Below are positions 10,701-19,890 of a stretch of DNA of 64,000 bases, one piece after another. Made by a program: the position numbers and the translations under genes. This stretch comes from a bacterium (GTDB lineage: Bacteria > 4484-113 > JAFGCY01), in NCBI GenBank assembly GCA_020440645.1, contig JAGRNR010000007.1:7366-71365 (forward strand), in the 5' to 3' direction. The first letter of the stretch is position 1. Every line of letters starts with the position of its first letter. A model generated the notes under the pieces. The model had not been told where the DNA came from. It ran no database searches and was given only the letters and a program-made list of their open reading frames with translations.

Positions 10701-10740
10701 GCAACAAAGCGGCAGCCGGGGAATTGTTGAATAGCGGCAT
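7696..10740 (-). CDS. Secreted large glycoside hydrolase, GH101-like (endo-alpha-N-acetylgalactosaminidase-like)
   Basis: 1014-aa ORF with signal peptide MPLFNNSPAAALLLFAGSSMLAIIHPNAAQA. The catalytic-core-like block FIYLDVWYQDGWESRRVAREINSQGWALTTEFPNALEWDSTWCHWAVD resembles the GH101 (F/I)Y(V/L)DVW region. Leaderless-type promoter: TATAAT, 6 nt, ATG. Overlaps the downstream GH gene start by 11 nt. Confidence 0.6.
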   Translation of the reverse strand: MPLFNNSPAAALLLFAGSSMLAIIHPNAAQANPDTFIIDDQVMEVEMYRDFPSIRSYHIPGSGLSFDAAINGPGTLLINGEPVEPVVSIVHHEGTASYTIDLPEQQVSLQVGFKLRGGTLHLKIGQLQERGEFRVHSLAFRDAPLLSCKSAADAQFAGASMYTKVEGTGDTYLALDGNEPVDAERDGYMYAMLSNGELCGSIWTNSVYDFPDGPTKRENGRIWKQTVADPEGKRTSIWSGDWLLRAEGSDELEPMAEARIVIAPDLNDDNVVDWQDGAIAYRSVMDIPLGAEQVKDQVVQRIVHNFGSQATNPFLKTLDETKRIYNATGGLGQHVLLKGYQNEGHDSAHPDYGGNYNERAGGLKDLKFLVEQGQLYNANFGVHINAQEAYPEAKSFTEDLTLEQKGWSWLDQAWVIDKRHDALSGNRLRRLEHLADELPGLQFIYLDVWYQDGWESRRVAREINSQGWALTTEFPNALEWDSTWCHWAVDLNYGGTDLKGLHSDIARFIHNHLRDNWVANHSLLGGTELMGYEGWQGRRDFNAMLETTFRANLPTKWLQHFEITNWSEDEILFSGNVVAKLVDGRRVITQDGRVVLDGDSYLLPWPPENPEKYYLWSGSKAEHDWQSHPALVIDGSFTAQIMDADKVFKRENLAAPADGTMFPHHSGKLAILAPGNNPFFTVQKFGTRSAFDDPGFNQGTTASLEIASDDPNVEVIRNEYGDFELHLPPGQQHILKTPLSVLSSGSYAISLAIEIRGAKPRLVEISVDGGTVPDGYPDHVWLDHSDAINYVAADSKHDRSMQRMQLIVDIDSRHRSPQLVLDIAAGNAEVFIDDLQCVPAVRPPLPDGAYFFEDFEHTVRGWYPFVRGDCGGASDMRTHLSERHDPFTQRGWRDNMIDDVIEGNWSLKSHADRPGMLYRTIPQNLRFDPGHRYIVTLDYASSGDETHEIVISDSSGKEVVIPLKQALDPQPILFRFRAADDGSSWIGVRKPADDDSDLVIDKLKVVQEETPDGN

Positions 10741-10768
10741 GCGCCGATTATAGAATGGGCAGTCAGGG

Positions 10769-11374
10769 TCAGCGGATCACTTCCGGTCCGTCCGGGCCGA
10801 AGCGCACCACGTCACTGACATTGCCCGGCAGCTCCTCGGCGATCAGCACGCACAGCATGGGCTGAGGATCCATCGTGTCCAGTGCGGCCTGCATTTCCCC
10901 TGCAGTGGTCTGCGGGTCGCTGCCGCTGATGTTGGCGCTCGTACCCCACAGTAGGCCACCGCAGCGCTCGATCAGCTCACACAGCGGTTCCCAGGCCGGG
11001 ATGCGGATCCCGACACTACCCTGTTGCAGTGCCAGTGTGGCCTGCGGCACCTTCTTGAGCCTGCCGCGCGGGAACACCGCCGTCAGCTCACCGCTGAGGA
11101 AGGCATCCTGCTCATCCTCGAGGTCTTCCAGCAGCTTCATCACCTCACCAACAACCTGATGCGACGGTGCGGCCAGCAGTGCGAGTGGCTGCTCGGGATT
11201 ACGGTGCTTGACGGAATAGATCTCCCGGTAGGCATCCGCGCTGCCTGCTCCAGCCAGCAGGGCGTAGACCGTGTCGGAAGGGAAGATGATCGCCCGGCCG
11301 TTGTCCAGCATGGCAACGGCCTGCTCCAGTACGCCCTCACGTTCACCATGCGAGTACTGCAGCACGCTTGTCAT
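10769..11374 (-). CDS. tsaC: L-threonylcarbamoyladenylate synthase (YrdC/TsaC family)
   Basis: 201 aa with YrdC-fold motifs IIFPSDTVYALLAGA and WGTSANISGS. Lies directly downstream of prmC (2-nt gap). Confidence 0.85.
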   Translation of the reverse strand: MTSVLQYSHGEREGVLEQAVAMLDNGRAIIFPSDTVYALLAGAGSADAYREIYSVKHRNPEQPLALLAAPSHQVVGEVMKLLEDLEDEQDAFLSGELTAVFPRGRLKKVPQATLALQQGSVGIRIPAWEPLCELIERCGGLLWGTSANISGSDPQTTAGEMQAALDTMDPQPMLCVLIAEELPGNVSDVVRFGPDGPEVIR

Positions 11375-11375
11375 C

Positions 11376-12215
11376 TCAGCGCCTCAGCCCCCAGATCACG
11401 CGTTCCGTGCCGTTGAAGTCGTGCACGCCCTGCACGCGCTCCAGGCTCTTGAGCTTGTCCAGCGCTTCACGCGCCGGCCAGCCAGTGTCATAGCCTACTT
11501 CCACCGCGAACAGCCCGCCGGTGCGCAGGTGGCTGACAGCGCTGCGGCCGAGGCGGAAGAAGAACTCGCGCGGGTCCTCATTGAGGAACAGCGCCAGGCG
11601 TGGCTCATGGTCACGTACGCTCTTCTCCAGCAGGGGGTCATTGCGGCGCGTGATGTAGGGCGGGTTGCAGAGGATCAGGTCAAAGCGGTCGCGCCGGTCA
11701 AGCGGCTCGAACCAGTCCCCCTCCAGGAACTGGCAACGCTGCTCCACCCCGTGCAGGCGGGCATTCTTCCTTGCCACCTCAAGCGCTGCCGGGCTGATGT
11801 CAATGAACACCACCTCAAGGCGCGGGTGCCTGAGCGCCATGCTGATGCCGACGCAGCCGCTGCCGCTGCCGAGGTCGAGCATCGACATCGAGCGGCGTGG
11901 CTTGATCTGGTCGCGGATGAACCAGTCACCGCGGCGCAGCAGGAACTCGGTGTCCTGGCGCGGGATCAGCACATCGCGGGTGACGAAGAAGCTGTTGCCA
12001 TCGAAGTCGGCGCGTCCCAGCAGGTAGGCCAGCGGCACACCTGCCACACGCTCATTGACGATGTGGCGCACTGATTCAAGCGCCGGTGTATGCACATGCC
12101 CGCGGGCGTGGATGATGCGGTCCGTCGGGTCCAGCCCGAGCTTGACGCGGAAGATGTTGTCAGTCTCCTGGCGGCTGTCAACGACGTCATTGCAGCCGTC
12201 CAACCGGCCGCGCAC
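11376..12215 (-). CDS. prmC: Release factor glutamine N5-methyltransferase
   Basis: SAM-binding motif MLDLGSGSGC and NPPY motif LILCNPPYI. Sits between prfA and tsaC. Confidence 0.9.
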   Translation of the reverse strand: MRGRLDGCNDVVDSRQETDNIFRVKLGLDPTDRIIHARGHVHTPALESVRHIVNERVAGVPLAYLLGRADFDGNSFFVTRDVLIPRQDTEFLLRRGDWFIRDQIKPRRSMSMLDLGSGSGCVGISMALRHPRLEVVFIDISPAALEVARKNARLHGVEQRCQFLEGDWFEPLDRRDRFDLILCNPPYITRRNDPLLEKSVRDHEPRLALFLNEDPREFFFRLGRSAVSHLRTGGLFAVEVGYDTGWPAREALDKLKSLERVQGVHDFNGTERVIWGLRR

Positions 12216-12229
12216 CTCGTCGTACAGCT

Positions 12230-13294
<1,065 letters not shown>

Positions 13295-13372
13295 GATGGA
13301 TTGATCCCGTTAATTATAGATGAGCAGAAACAAGCCGCACAAAGCGGCAGTGGCACGTCGGGTCAGGCGCAG

Positions 13373-14515
13373 CTAGGAGCTGGCGCTGGAGGCGGGCTGG
13401 CGGATCTCGGGCTCCGGGATGTCCTCAGTCAGGTAACGGACCCGGTTGAAGCTGGCCAGGCTGACTTCCACCTGCTCGTCGCTCGGACGGCGGGTGGTCA
13501 GGGCCTGGAACAGCATGCCGAAGCGCAGCAGCGGACGCAGGAAGGGATTTCCGTAATAGCGGAAGGCAGCCCGGATGAATTCGTAGCTGATGCCGGCGAG
13601 GATAGGGATTGCCAGGATGCGCAGTGGCCAGCGGATCCACCAGCCGGGGATGTTGTCATGCACCGCCGGGCCGAGGATGCTGTTCATCCACCATTCAGGC
13701 AGCGAGGCGTTGATGGCAGCCGCATTGCTGACGAACAGGTAGTCGAGGAAGGTATAGAGCACCACACCAACCAGGATCAGGATCACGATGAAGCTCGTGC
13801 CGCAGCGTGGATGGGCCACGCTGTGGGACTGGATGAACTCCATCTTCTGGTTCTCCATGTCGTCCTCGTAGGCATTGATAACGATGTGCTCTGCGCCGTG
13901 GTATTCGAACACCCGGCGGATCTCCTTCAGCCTGCCCACGAGCGAGATGTAGCCAACGAAGATCCCCAGCTTGACGAGCCCCTCCACGAGGTTGGCAACT
14001 AGCTGGTGGGTCAGGGTCGGATTCTCGATCGTCTTCAGGTTGCCCCAGCCGAACCATTCGAAGGTGTAGCTGGCGGCAATCGCTGGCAATACCTTGAAGA
14101 TCATGATGGCAATCGCGAAGCCCACGACCATCATGATTGCCTCGAGCATCACTGAACCCTTCGATGGTGCTGCAGCTTCCTTGTGCTCGACTTTCTCGCC
14201 CTTGGCTTCGGCATCCGCCGCGAGCATGTCTATCTCGAAGCGGCGGTTGCTCTCCTTGAGTGCCCATGTACCCAGCGTCATCATGTCCCAGAGGATGAAG
14301 AAGCCGCGGATGAAGGGCATACGGGTCAGCGCCGGGAAGCGGGAAACGACCTCACGGTCGATCACCTCGATCTTGCCACTGGCGCGACGTACGGCGAGGG
14401 CTGCGTGCTTCAGTCCCTTCATCATGACGCCCTCAATGCAGGCCTGGCCTCCATAGGGGATCGCCGGGGCAAGGAAAGCTGGCAGCAGGTGCCTAAGCAG
14501 TCGGTTGGGTTTCAC
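13373..14515 (-). CDS. DUF1385-family membrane protein (conserved prfA/prmC neighbour)
   Basis: N-terminal YGGQACIEGVMMKG signature and several hydrophobic helices. GTG start preceded by TAGAAT plus 6 nt (leaderless type). Confidence 0.8.
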   Translation of the reverse strand: MKPNRLLRHLLPAFLAPAIPYGGQACIEGVMMKGLKHAALAVRRASGKIEVIDREVVSRFPALTRMPFIRGFFILWDMMTLGTWALKESNRRFEIDMLAADAEAKGEKVEHKEAAAPSKGSVMLEAIMMVVGFAIAIMIFKVLPAIAASYTFEWFGWGNLKTIENPTLTHQLVANLVEGLVKLGIFVGYISLVGRLKEIRRVFEYHGAEHIVINAYEDDMENQKMEFIQSHSVAHPRCGTSFIVILILVGVVLYTFLDYLFVSNAAAINASLPEWWMNSILGPAVHDNIPGWWIRWPLRILAIPILAGISYEFIRAAFRYYGNPFLRPLLRFGMLFQALTTRRPSDEQVEVSLASFNRVRYLTEDIPEPEIRQPASSASS

Positions 14516-14550
14516 AGGCTGATTCTACCCCGCGCAGCGGGTGGGGAAAG

Positions 14551-14775
14551 CTATTTGATCTTCTTGCCGCGTCCGCCGGCAGCGTCGGAACGCTGCTTGA
14601 ACTTCTCCACGCGGCCCGCGGTGTCCACGACACGCTTCTTGCCGGTGTAGAAAGGATGGCAGTTAGAGCAGATTTCCACGCTGATCTTGTCGCGGATGCC
14701 CAGGGCGGTGAACTGTTCACCGCAGACGCAGACGTATTCTGTGAGCTTGAGCTCGGGATGCAGGTCTTTCTTCAT
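14551..14775 (-). CDS. rpmE: 50S ribosomal protein L31 (Zn-ribbon type A)
   Basis: [22 protein letters not shown]...[20 protein letters not shown] lies upstream. Confidence 0.95.
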   Translation of the reverse strand: MKKDLHPELKLTEYVCVCGEQFTALGIRDKISVEICSNCHPFYTGKKRVVDTAGRVEKFKQRSDAAGGRGKKIK

Positions 14776-14868
14776 ATCGTTGCTCCTCCACGCTGTTTAC
14801 GTGGGTCAGGGGAGGAATAATACCACAATTGCAGGTTTTTATCCTTGCACCGGTGATACATATATTTC

Positions 14869-15576
14869 TTGACCCAATCGCTGATCAGCCTGTTCACCGG
14901 ATGGTCGCGCAGCGCCCGATACCCCGCCTTTGCCTGGCTTTGCATCCTCGTGCTCCCCATCAGCCTGAACATTGTGGCTGGCCTGCTTGAGGAATTCCGC
15001 GACAGCCTCGGTGAATATTACGGCCTGTTCAGCCTGTACATGATGTTCCAGTTCTCATTGGGACTGGCCACCCTGTTCCTCGGAACCATGCTTGTGACCA
15101 GTATCAGCCGCAGCGAGCTGGTGGAGCAGTTGCGCTTGACCCTCGTTACGCCTTTTCAGCTGCTGCTGGCCACCATGCGCCACCTGTTCTCCCTGCTCTG
15201 GCCACCGAGCCTGGCCTTCTTCATCGGTGTCACGATCTGGATGCTTGCAACGTCCCAGCAGGGCATGCTGCTGCGAGTGGTTGGCATTGGCCAGCTGCTG
15301 GTGTTCGTCCTGTTGCTGGCCTGCACCCAGCTCATCACCTTGCTTGTCATCACACTTGGAATTGAGCGCAACATTTTCGGTTATGTGCTCGCCGCCATCC
15401 CGGTCCAGTTCGCGCTGACCCTTGGCGTCGTCTTCCTGCTTGTGGCGCATATCCTCGCGCCGTGGCAGCTGATCCTGTTAAGTCTGGGTTTGGTCGTGGC
15501 AATGGGAGCCGCGTCCACGTATAACTTGAACAGGCTCTGGCCCCCACAACAAGCAGGGAGACGGATTTTCCGATGA
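14869..15576 (+). CDS. Polytopic membrane protein, unknown function
   Basis: 235-aa ORF with a TTG start and about 6 hydrophobic helices. Its stop overlaps the next start (ATGA at 15573-15576). Start position is uncertain. Confidence 0.6.
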   Translation: MTQSLISLFTGWSRSARYPAFAWLCILVLPISLNIVAGLLEEFRDSLGEYYGLFSLYMMFQFSLGLATLFLGTMLVTSISRSELVEQLRLTLVTPFQLLLATMRHLFSLLWPPSLAFFIGVTIWMLATSQQGMLLRVVGIGQLLVFVLLLACTQLITLLVITLGIERNIFGYVLAAIPVQFALTLGVVFLLVAHILAPWQLILLSLGLVVAMGAASTYNLNRLWPPQQAGRRIFR

Positions 15577-16856
15577 TTTACCAGTTCAAATATGGCAGGG
15601 AAGCCATGGAATTCAAGCTTCCACCGGGCATCAAGACGGTGGATGTGACCCCACGCACAATGCTGCCCCTCATCAACCTGCGTGCGGCCCTGCATGCGAC
15701 CCTGATGGACCCGATGGGCCGGCCGCCGCTCGATGTGCTGGCACGCAAGGCCTCCAGTGCGATGATTGTGGTGGAGGACAGTGGCTACTACACAGCGTAT
15801 CCGCAGTGGCTGCCCGAGCTGCTGAACTACCTCAACCAGGCCGGCATTGGCGACGAGCAGATCTCGATTTATGTTGCCAGCGGGCTGAAGAACCCCCCGG
15901 ACAAGTACCTGCGAGCTGAATATTATTCGCCGGAAGTCTGCGACAGGGTCAAGTTCATTGAGCATGAGTCTGGCACCGAAGGCTCGTTCAGCAAGAACGG
16001 CCGGACCGATTACGGCACCATCCTGCGGCTGGATGACCGCGTACGGGATGCGGAACTGGTGATCCTGACCGGCGGCATCAAGCTCCACCCCTACTGCGGC
16101 TTCACCGGCAGCCATGCCAGGCTGATCCCGGGCTGCTGCAGTGCGGACACGACTTTTTCCAACCAGAGCCACCTCTGGGATGCCAGCTCACATAAGCGCC
16201 ACCCCCGTGCCTGCAGCGGTTCGCTGGTGATGAATCCGGTCAGCGAGGACATGCTTGAGGCCCACAGCCTGTTCAGCCCGGATTTCAGCATCAACGTGGT
16301 TGTCAATGATGACGGCGAGATCGTCTGGATGCAGGGTGGTGACGCCGGCTATGCGCTGCGCTATGGTGCCAAGTTCATCGAGGACCACAACCGGGTTGAG
16401 ATGCGGCCCGTGGACATTGCTATCATTAACGCGGGTGGCTATCCCAACGACAGCAGCCTGTACCGTGCCTTCGCTTCCCTGGACCACGCAGTGGAAGTGC
16501 TCAAGCCCGGTGCCAGCGTGTTCTGGATAGCCCGTTGCCAGGGAGGCGAGGGGCACCGCGAATTCTGTGACATGGCGGACCTCTCGGCCAGTTCGATCAG
16601 TGATGTGGTTGAGCGCAGGCCGACATTTGCCGGTGCAACCGCACTGCTACTGAAGCAGTATGCTGAGCGATACAGGATCCACCTGGTGAGCGAGCTCGAT
16701 CCGGAGCGGGTCAGTAACTGGGGCATCACTCCCCACGAAAGCCTGGGACGGGCGCTTTCCCACGGACTGCCACCCCATGCCGAGCAGCTCGACTGGCTTG
16801 TTGCTAGCAATTCCAGCAACATGCTCTTACGGGCGCCGGTCGGGGTTGGTGCATGA
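15573..16856 (+). CDS. LarA-like (lactate racemase N-terminal domain / DUF2088) protein
   Basis: N-terminus MIYQFKYGREAMEFKLPPGIKTVDV and block GGIKLHPYCGFTGSHARLIPG resemble the LarA family. Translationally coupled on both sides (ATGA overlaps). Confidence 0.7.
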   Translation: MIYQFKYGREAMEFKLPPGIKTVDVTPRTMLPLINLRAALHATLMDPMGRPPLDVLARKASSAMIVVEDSGYYTAYPQWLPELLNYLNQAGIGDEQISIYVASGLKNPPDKYLRAEYYSPEVCDRVKFIEHESGTEGSFSKNGRTDYGTILRLDDRVRDAELVILTGGIKLHPYCGFTGSHARLIPGCCSADTTFSNQSHLWDASSHKRHPRACSGSLVMNPVSEDMLEAHSLFSPDFSINVVVNDDGEIVWMQGGDAGYALRYGAKFIEDHNRVEMRPVDIAIINAGGYPNDSSLYRAFASLDHAVEVLKPGASVFWIARCQGGEGHREFCDMADLSASSISDVVERRPTFAGATALLLKQYAERYRIHLVSELDPERVSNWGITPHESLGRALSHGLPPHAEQLDWLVASNSSNMLLRAPVGVGA

Positions 16857-17308
16857 TCCAAGGTGTAGCTGTAAAGGACCTGAAACTCATTCCGGACGAG
16901 CGGGGCTTCCTGATGGAGATCCTGCGCGCGGATGATGCCATCTACGACAGGTTTGGCCAGGCTTATGTGACCGCGGCCTACCCGGGTGTCGTCAAGGCCT
17001 GGCATTACCACCGCCTGCAGACAGACCACTTCTGCGTGCTCAGCGGCATGGCAAAGGTCGTGCTGTACGACTCGCGTGATGACTCCCCTACAAAAGGCGA
17101 GATCAACGAGTTCTACATCGGTGAGCAGCGCCGCCAGGTGATCAAGATCCCCAACTTCGTCTACCACGGCTACAAGAACATCGGTACCAATGTCTGCCTG
17201 CTGCTCAACATCCCGACGGAGACGTACAATTACTCCGAGCCGGACGAATACCGCATCGACCCGCACAGCGGGGAGATTCCATACGACTGGAACAGGCGTG
17301 ACGGCTGA
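16853..17308 (+). CDS. RmlC-like cupin (dTDP-4-dehydrorhamnose 3,5-epimerase-related)
   Basis: LIPDERGFLMEILR...VKAWHYHRLQTDHFCVLSGMAKVVLYDSR matches the RmlC-type cupin pattern. 151 aa. Confidence 0.75.
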   Translation: MIQGVAVKDLKLIPDERGFLMEILRADDAIYDRFGQAYVTAAYPGVVKAWHYHRLQTDHFCVLSGMAKVVLYDSRDDSPTKGEINEFYIGEQRRQVIKIPNFVYHGYKNIGTNVCLLLNIPTETYNYSEPDEYRIDPHSGEIPYDWNRRDG

Positions 17309-17346
17309 TTGACCTGCCTGCCTTGTGGCAGGACAGGGGAGAGCAG

Positions 17347-18555
17347 ATGGATAAAGCGCCACAGGCAACCGGGGATGCACGCAAGCTGCAGCTGCTGCTG
17401 CGCTTCAACCAGCTGATCAGCCGCCGCATCGAACTGAAGCCGATGATCGCCGAGGCGATGACCCAGGCCCGGGAGCTTGTCAGTGCCGACCGCATCACCC
17501 TGTGGCTGGCTGACGAGGAGAGCGGCCAGCTCTACACCTTCGTGGGAGAGGGACTCGAGAACGAGATCCGGATCCGCATCGGCGAGGGTGTAGCCGGCAT
17601 TGCCGCCCGTGAGCGACGCGTGGTGGTTGTCAACGATGCCTATTCGAGCCCGCTGTTCAACCCTGAAGTTGACAAGCGCAGCGGCTACCACACGAAGTCA
17701 CTGCTGGCCGTGCCGATGCAGAGCATGGACGGCAAGCTGATCGGCGTGTTCCAGGCCATCAACCGCCTGGATGAAGCCGGCAGCAGTGAGCATGGGGAAT
17801 TCACGGAAGAGGATTCCGAACTGTTTGCCAGCATGGCCGCCATCGCCGCCGTGTTCCTGGAGAACGCCGTGCTCTATGACGAGCAGCAGCGCCAGTTCCG
17901 CAGTTTCATCGTGACCCTCGCGCAGAGTGTTGACTCCCGCGACCAGACCACCAGCAACCATACGAAGCTCGTGACCGGACTGTCTGTTGCCATTGCGCAG
18001 GAGATGGGCCTGAGCCGCCGCACGGTGGAGCGCATCCGCATTGCGGCAGTGCTGCATGACTACGGCAAGATCGGCATCCCTGACAATGTACTGCAGAAGC
18101 CCGGCAGCCTGGATGAGGAGGAGCGGGCGATGATGCGCAGCCATGTGCTGAAGACGATCCTCCTGCTGCGCCGGATCAACTTCAGCCGCGAGCTGCGGGA
18201 CATCCCGCGCATCGCTGGCATGCACCATGAGAAGCTGGATGGCAGCGGCTATCCCTTCGGCCTGCGAGGTGACGAGATCCCGCTGGAGGGCCGGATCCTC
18301 GCGGTGGCAGATATCTTCCAGGCCCTGACGCAGACACGGCCCTACAAGCAGGGGATGGCTGTTCCGGAAGCGCTGTCGGAACTACGGGTGATGACCAGGG
18401 CTCATCGTGACCGCTATGACAACGAGAGCGGCATGCATGTCGACCCGCTCGTGGTTGAAGCGCTGGCGCGGATCCTGGCGCGCGAGAATGACGACCTGGG
18501 CATCTTTGATGAGGCCAGCAAGTGGGAGCGCATGCTCCAGGGCCAGATCATCTAG
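17347..18555 (+). CDS. GAF domain + HD-GYP domain protein (putative c-di-GMP phosphodiesterase)
   Basis: ORF from 17323. ATG 17347 is preferred (GGGGAGAG SD). GAF region, then HD motif LHDYGKIGIP and HHEKLDGSGYP. Confidence 0.85.
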   Translation: MDKAPQATGDARKLQLLLRFNQLISRRIELKPMIAEAMTQARELVSADRITLWLADEESGQLYTFVGEGLENEIRIRIGEGVAGIAARERRVVVVNDAYSSPLFNPEVDKRSGYHTKSLLAVPMQSMDGKLIGVFQAINRLDEAGSSEHGEFTEEDSELFASMAAIAAVFLENAVLYDEQQRQFRSFIVTLAQSVDSRDQTTSNHTKLVTGLSVAIAQEMGLSRRTVERIRIAAVLHDYGKIGIPDNVLQKPGSLDEEERAMMRSHVLKTILLLRRINFSRELRDIPRIAGMHHEKLDGSGYPFGLRGDEIPLEGRILAVADIFQALTQTRPYKQGMAVPEALSELRVMTRAHRDRYDNESGMHVDPLVVEALARILARENDDLGIFDEASKWERMLQGQII

Positions 18556-18652
18556 CCAGGTTGTATTACGCTCAGCCAGACAGTTTCCTTACTTCCTTAT
18601 TCCAGACCCTGGAATTCCATGTGATTTAAACGATAATTGTTTATCAATAGGT

Positions 18653-18658
18653 TATAAT
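18653..18658 (+). promoter_or_regulatory. Candidate -10 box (TATAAT) in AT-rich region upstream of pilin-like gene 1
   Basis: TATAAT lies 32 nt before ATG 18691. AAGGAG SD at about 18678-18684. No good -35 element found. Confidence 0.35.
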
Positions 18659-18690
18659 GATAATCTTCTATCATTAAGAAGGAGATTGTC

Positions 18691-19752
18691 ATGGAAACCG
18701 TAAACAAAGCTTTCACCCTGATTGAACTGCTGGTGGTGGTGGTGATCATAGGCATCCTCGTTGCAATCGCGCTGCCAAACTTCATCAAGATCAAGGACAA
18801 GGCGCGGGAAGCTGAAGTCAAGCAGAACCTGGATGCAATCCAGCTCTCACTGGAACGCTACAGTACAGATGAGGATGGTATCTACCCTTTTTGCCTGTAC
18901 GGTGGGGAGTCGCTTTTCAACATGGGCTCGGTGAACGGCATAAACCCCCAGTATCAATGGCGCGTCTATCCATCTGGGAAGATCGTCCAGCCGTTTGACC
19001 TGTTCTGGGAAAACACCGAGACATGGGACTACAACGACACGTCCTGGCAGAACCTGCTGGACCGGGACATTGATGCCGGTTTCGGTGACAGCCTCCAGTT
19101 TGAGGGTTACATGCCAAAGTACCCACGCAATCCCTTCCAGGTCGGCTCAGCCGGCAAGGTGTTCGGCCTCGGCGCATTGGCAACAAATTACGCAGATCAT
19201 GCATGCTTCGGGGGACTTGACGGGCAGTGCATGTGGAACCTGTCCTGGTTTGGGGAATCACCGCAGATGATGTTCTTCAGTGCTCCTGATTACGAGCCGG
19301 TCCGCACGGAATACCAGGGGAACTTCACGTACCATCCGCGTTGGAGTGACACCGTCTGCAACCACGGACACTTCGTTCACCAGATAGAGTTCAATGGCTA
19401 TGCCACTGAAATCCTGGAAGAGATGGAAGCGCCGCTGGGAGACCAGGACGCTGAAAACGTCTCCAGCATTGATGTGGCAGGTTATGACCTGACCGCCCTC
19501 GGCAGTGAGCGAACCAAGGGACAGGACCTGGATGACTCCGTGCAGAACGAAACCGGCAATCACTACTGGAGAACGGGATACCTTACTCTCGGGCAGGAAC
19601 GCAATCCATGGATCGTTGAGGGTTTGTTCGAAGAGCAGACCCCCGTGCATGACTTTGATGAGCGTCCATTCTCTGATGGCGTACAGGACTTCATCATCAT
19701 CCATCTGGGATCTGGCATGGATCGCAAACCTGGATCTGGTCTGGAACAATAG
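18691..19752 (+). CDS. Large type IV pilin-like protein, paralogue 1 (prepilin N-terminal methylation motif)
   Basis: METVNKA/FTLIELLVVVVIIGILVAIALPNF is a class III signal with Glu+5 (Ala rather than Gly at -1). 353 aa. About 70% identical by eye to paralogue 3. Confidence 0.85.
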   Translation: METVNKAFTLIELLVVVVIIGILVAIALPNFIKIKDKAREAEVKQNLDAIQLSLERYSTDEDGIYPFCLYGGESLFNMGSVNGINPQYQWRVYPSGKIVQPFDLFWENTETWDYNDTSWQNLLDRDIDAGFGDSLQFEGYMPKYPRNPFQVGSAGKVFGLGALATNYADHACFGGLDGQCMWNLSWFGESPQMMFFSAPDYEPVRTEYQGNFTYHPRWSDTVCNHGHFVHQIEFNGYATEILEEMEAPLGDQDAENVSSIDVAGYDLTALGSERTKGQDLDDSVQNETGNHYWRTGYLTLGQERNPWIVEGLFEEQTPVHDFDERPFSDGVQDFIIIHLGSGMDRKPGSGLEQ

Positions 19753-19890
19753 GACAGTCTTATTGGCAATCTCAAGATTCAAGATAATTGCTTCAAGTGA
19801 CAACCTGGCAAGTTGCTGCCTCAGCGGACAGCAGGAAGCACAGCGTTACCATGGCATCTCCGGGGTGTCAGCCTGTTCGTGAGAGGAAAA

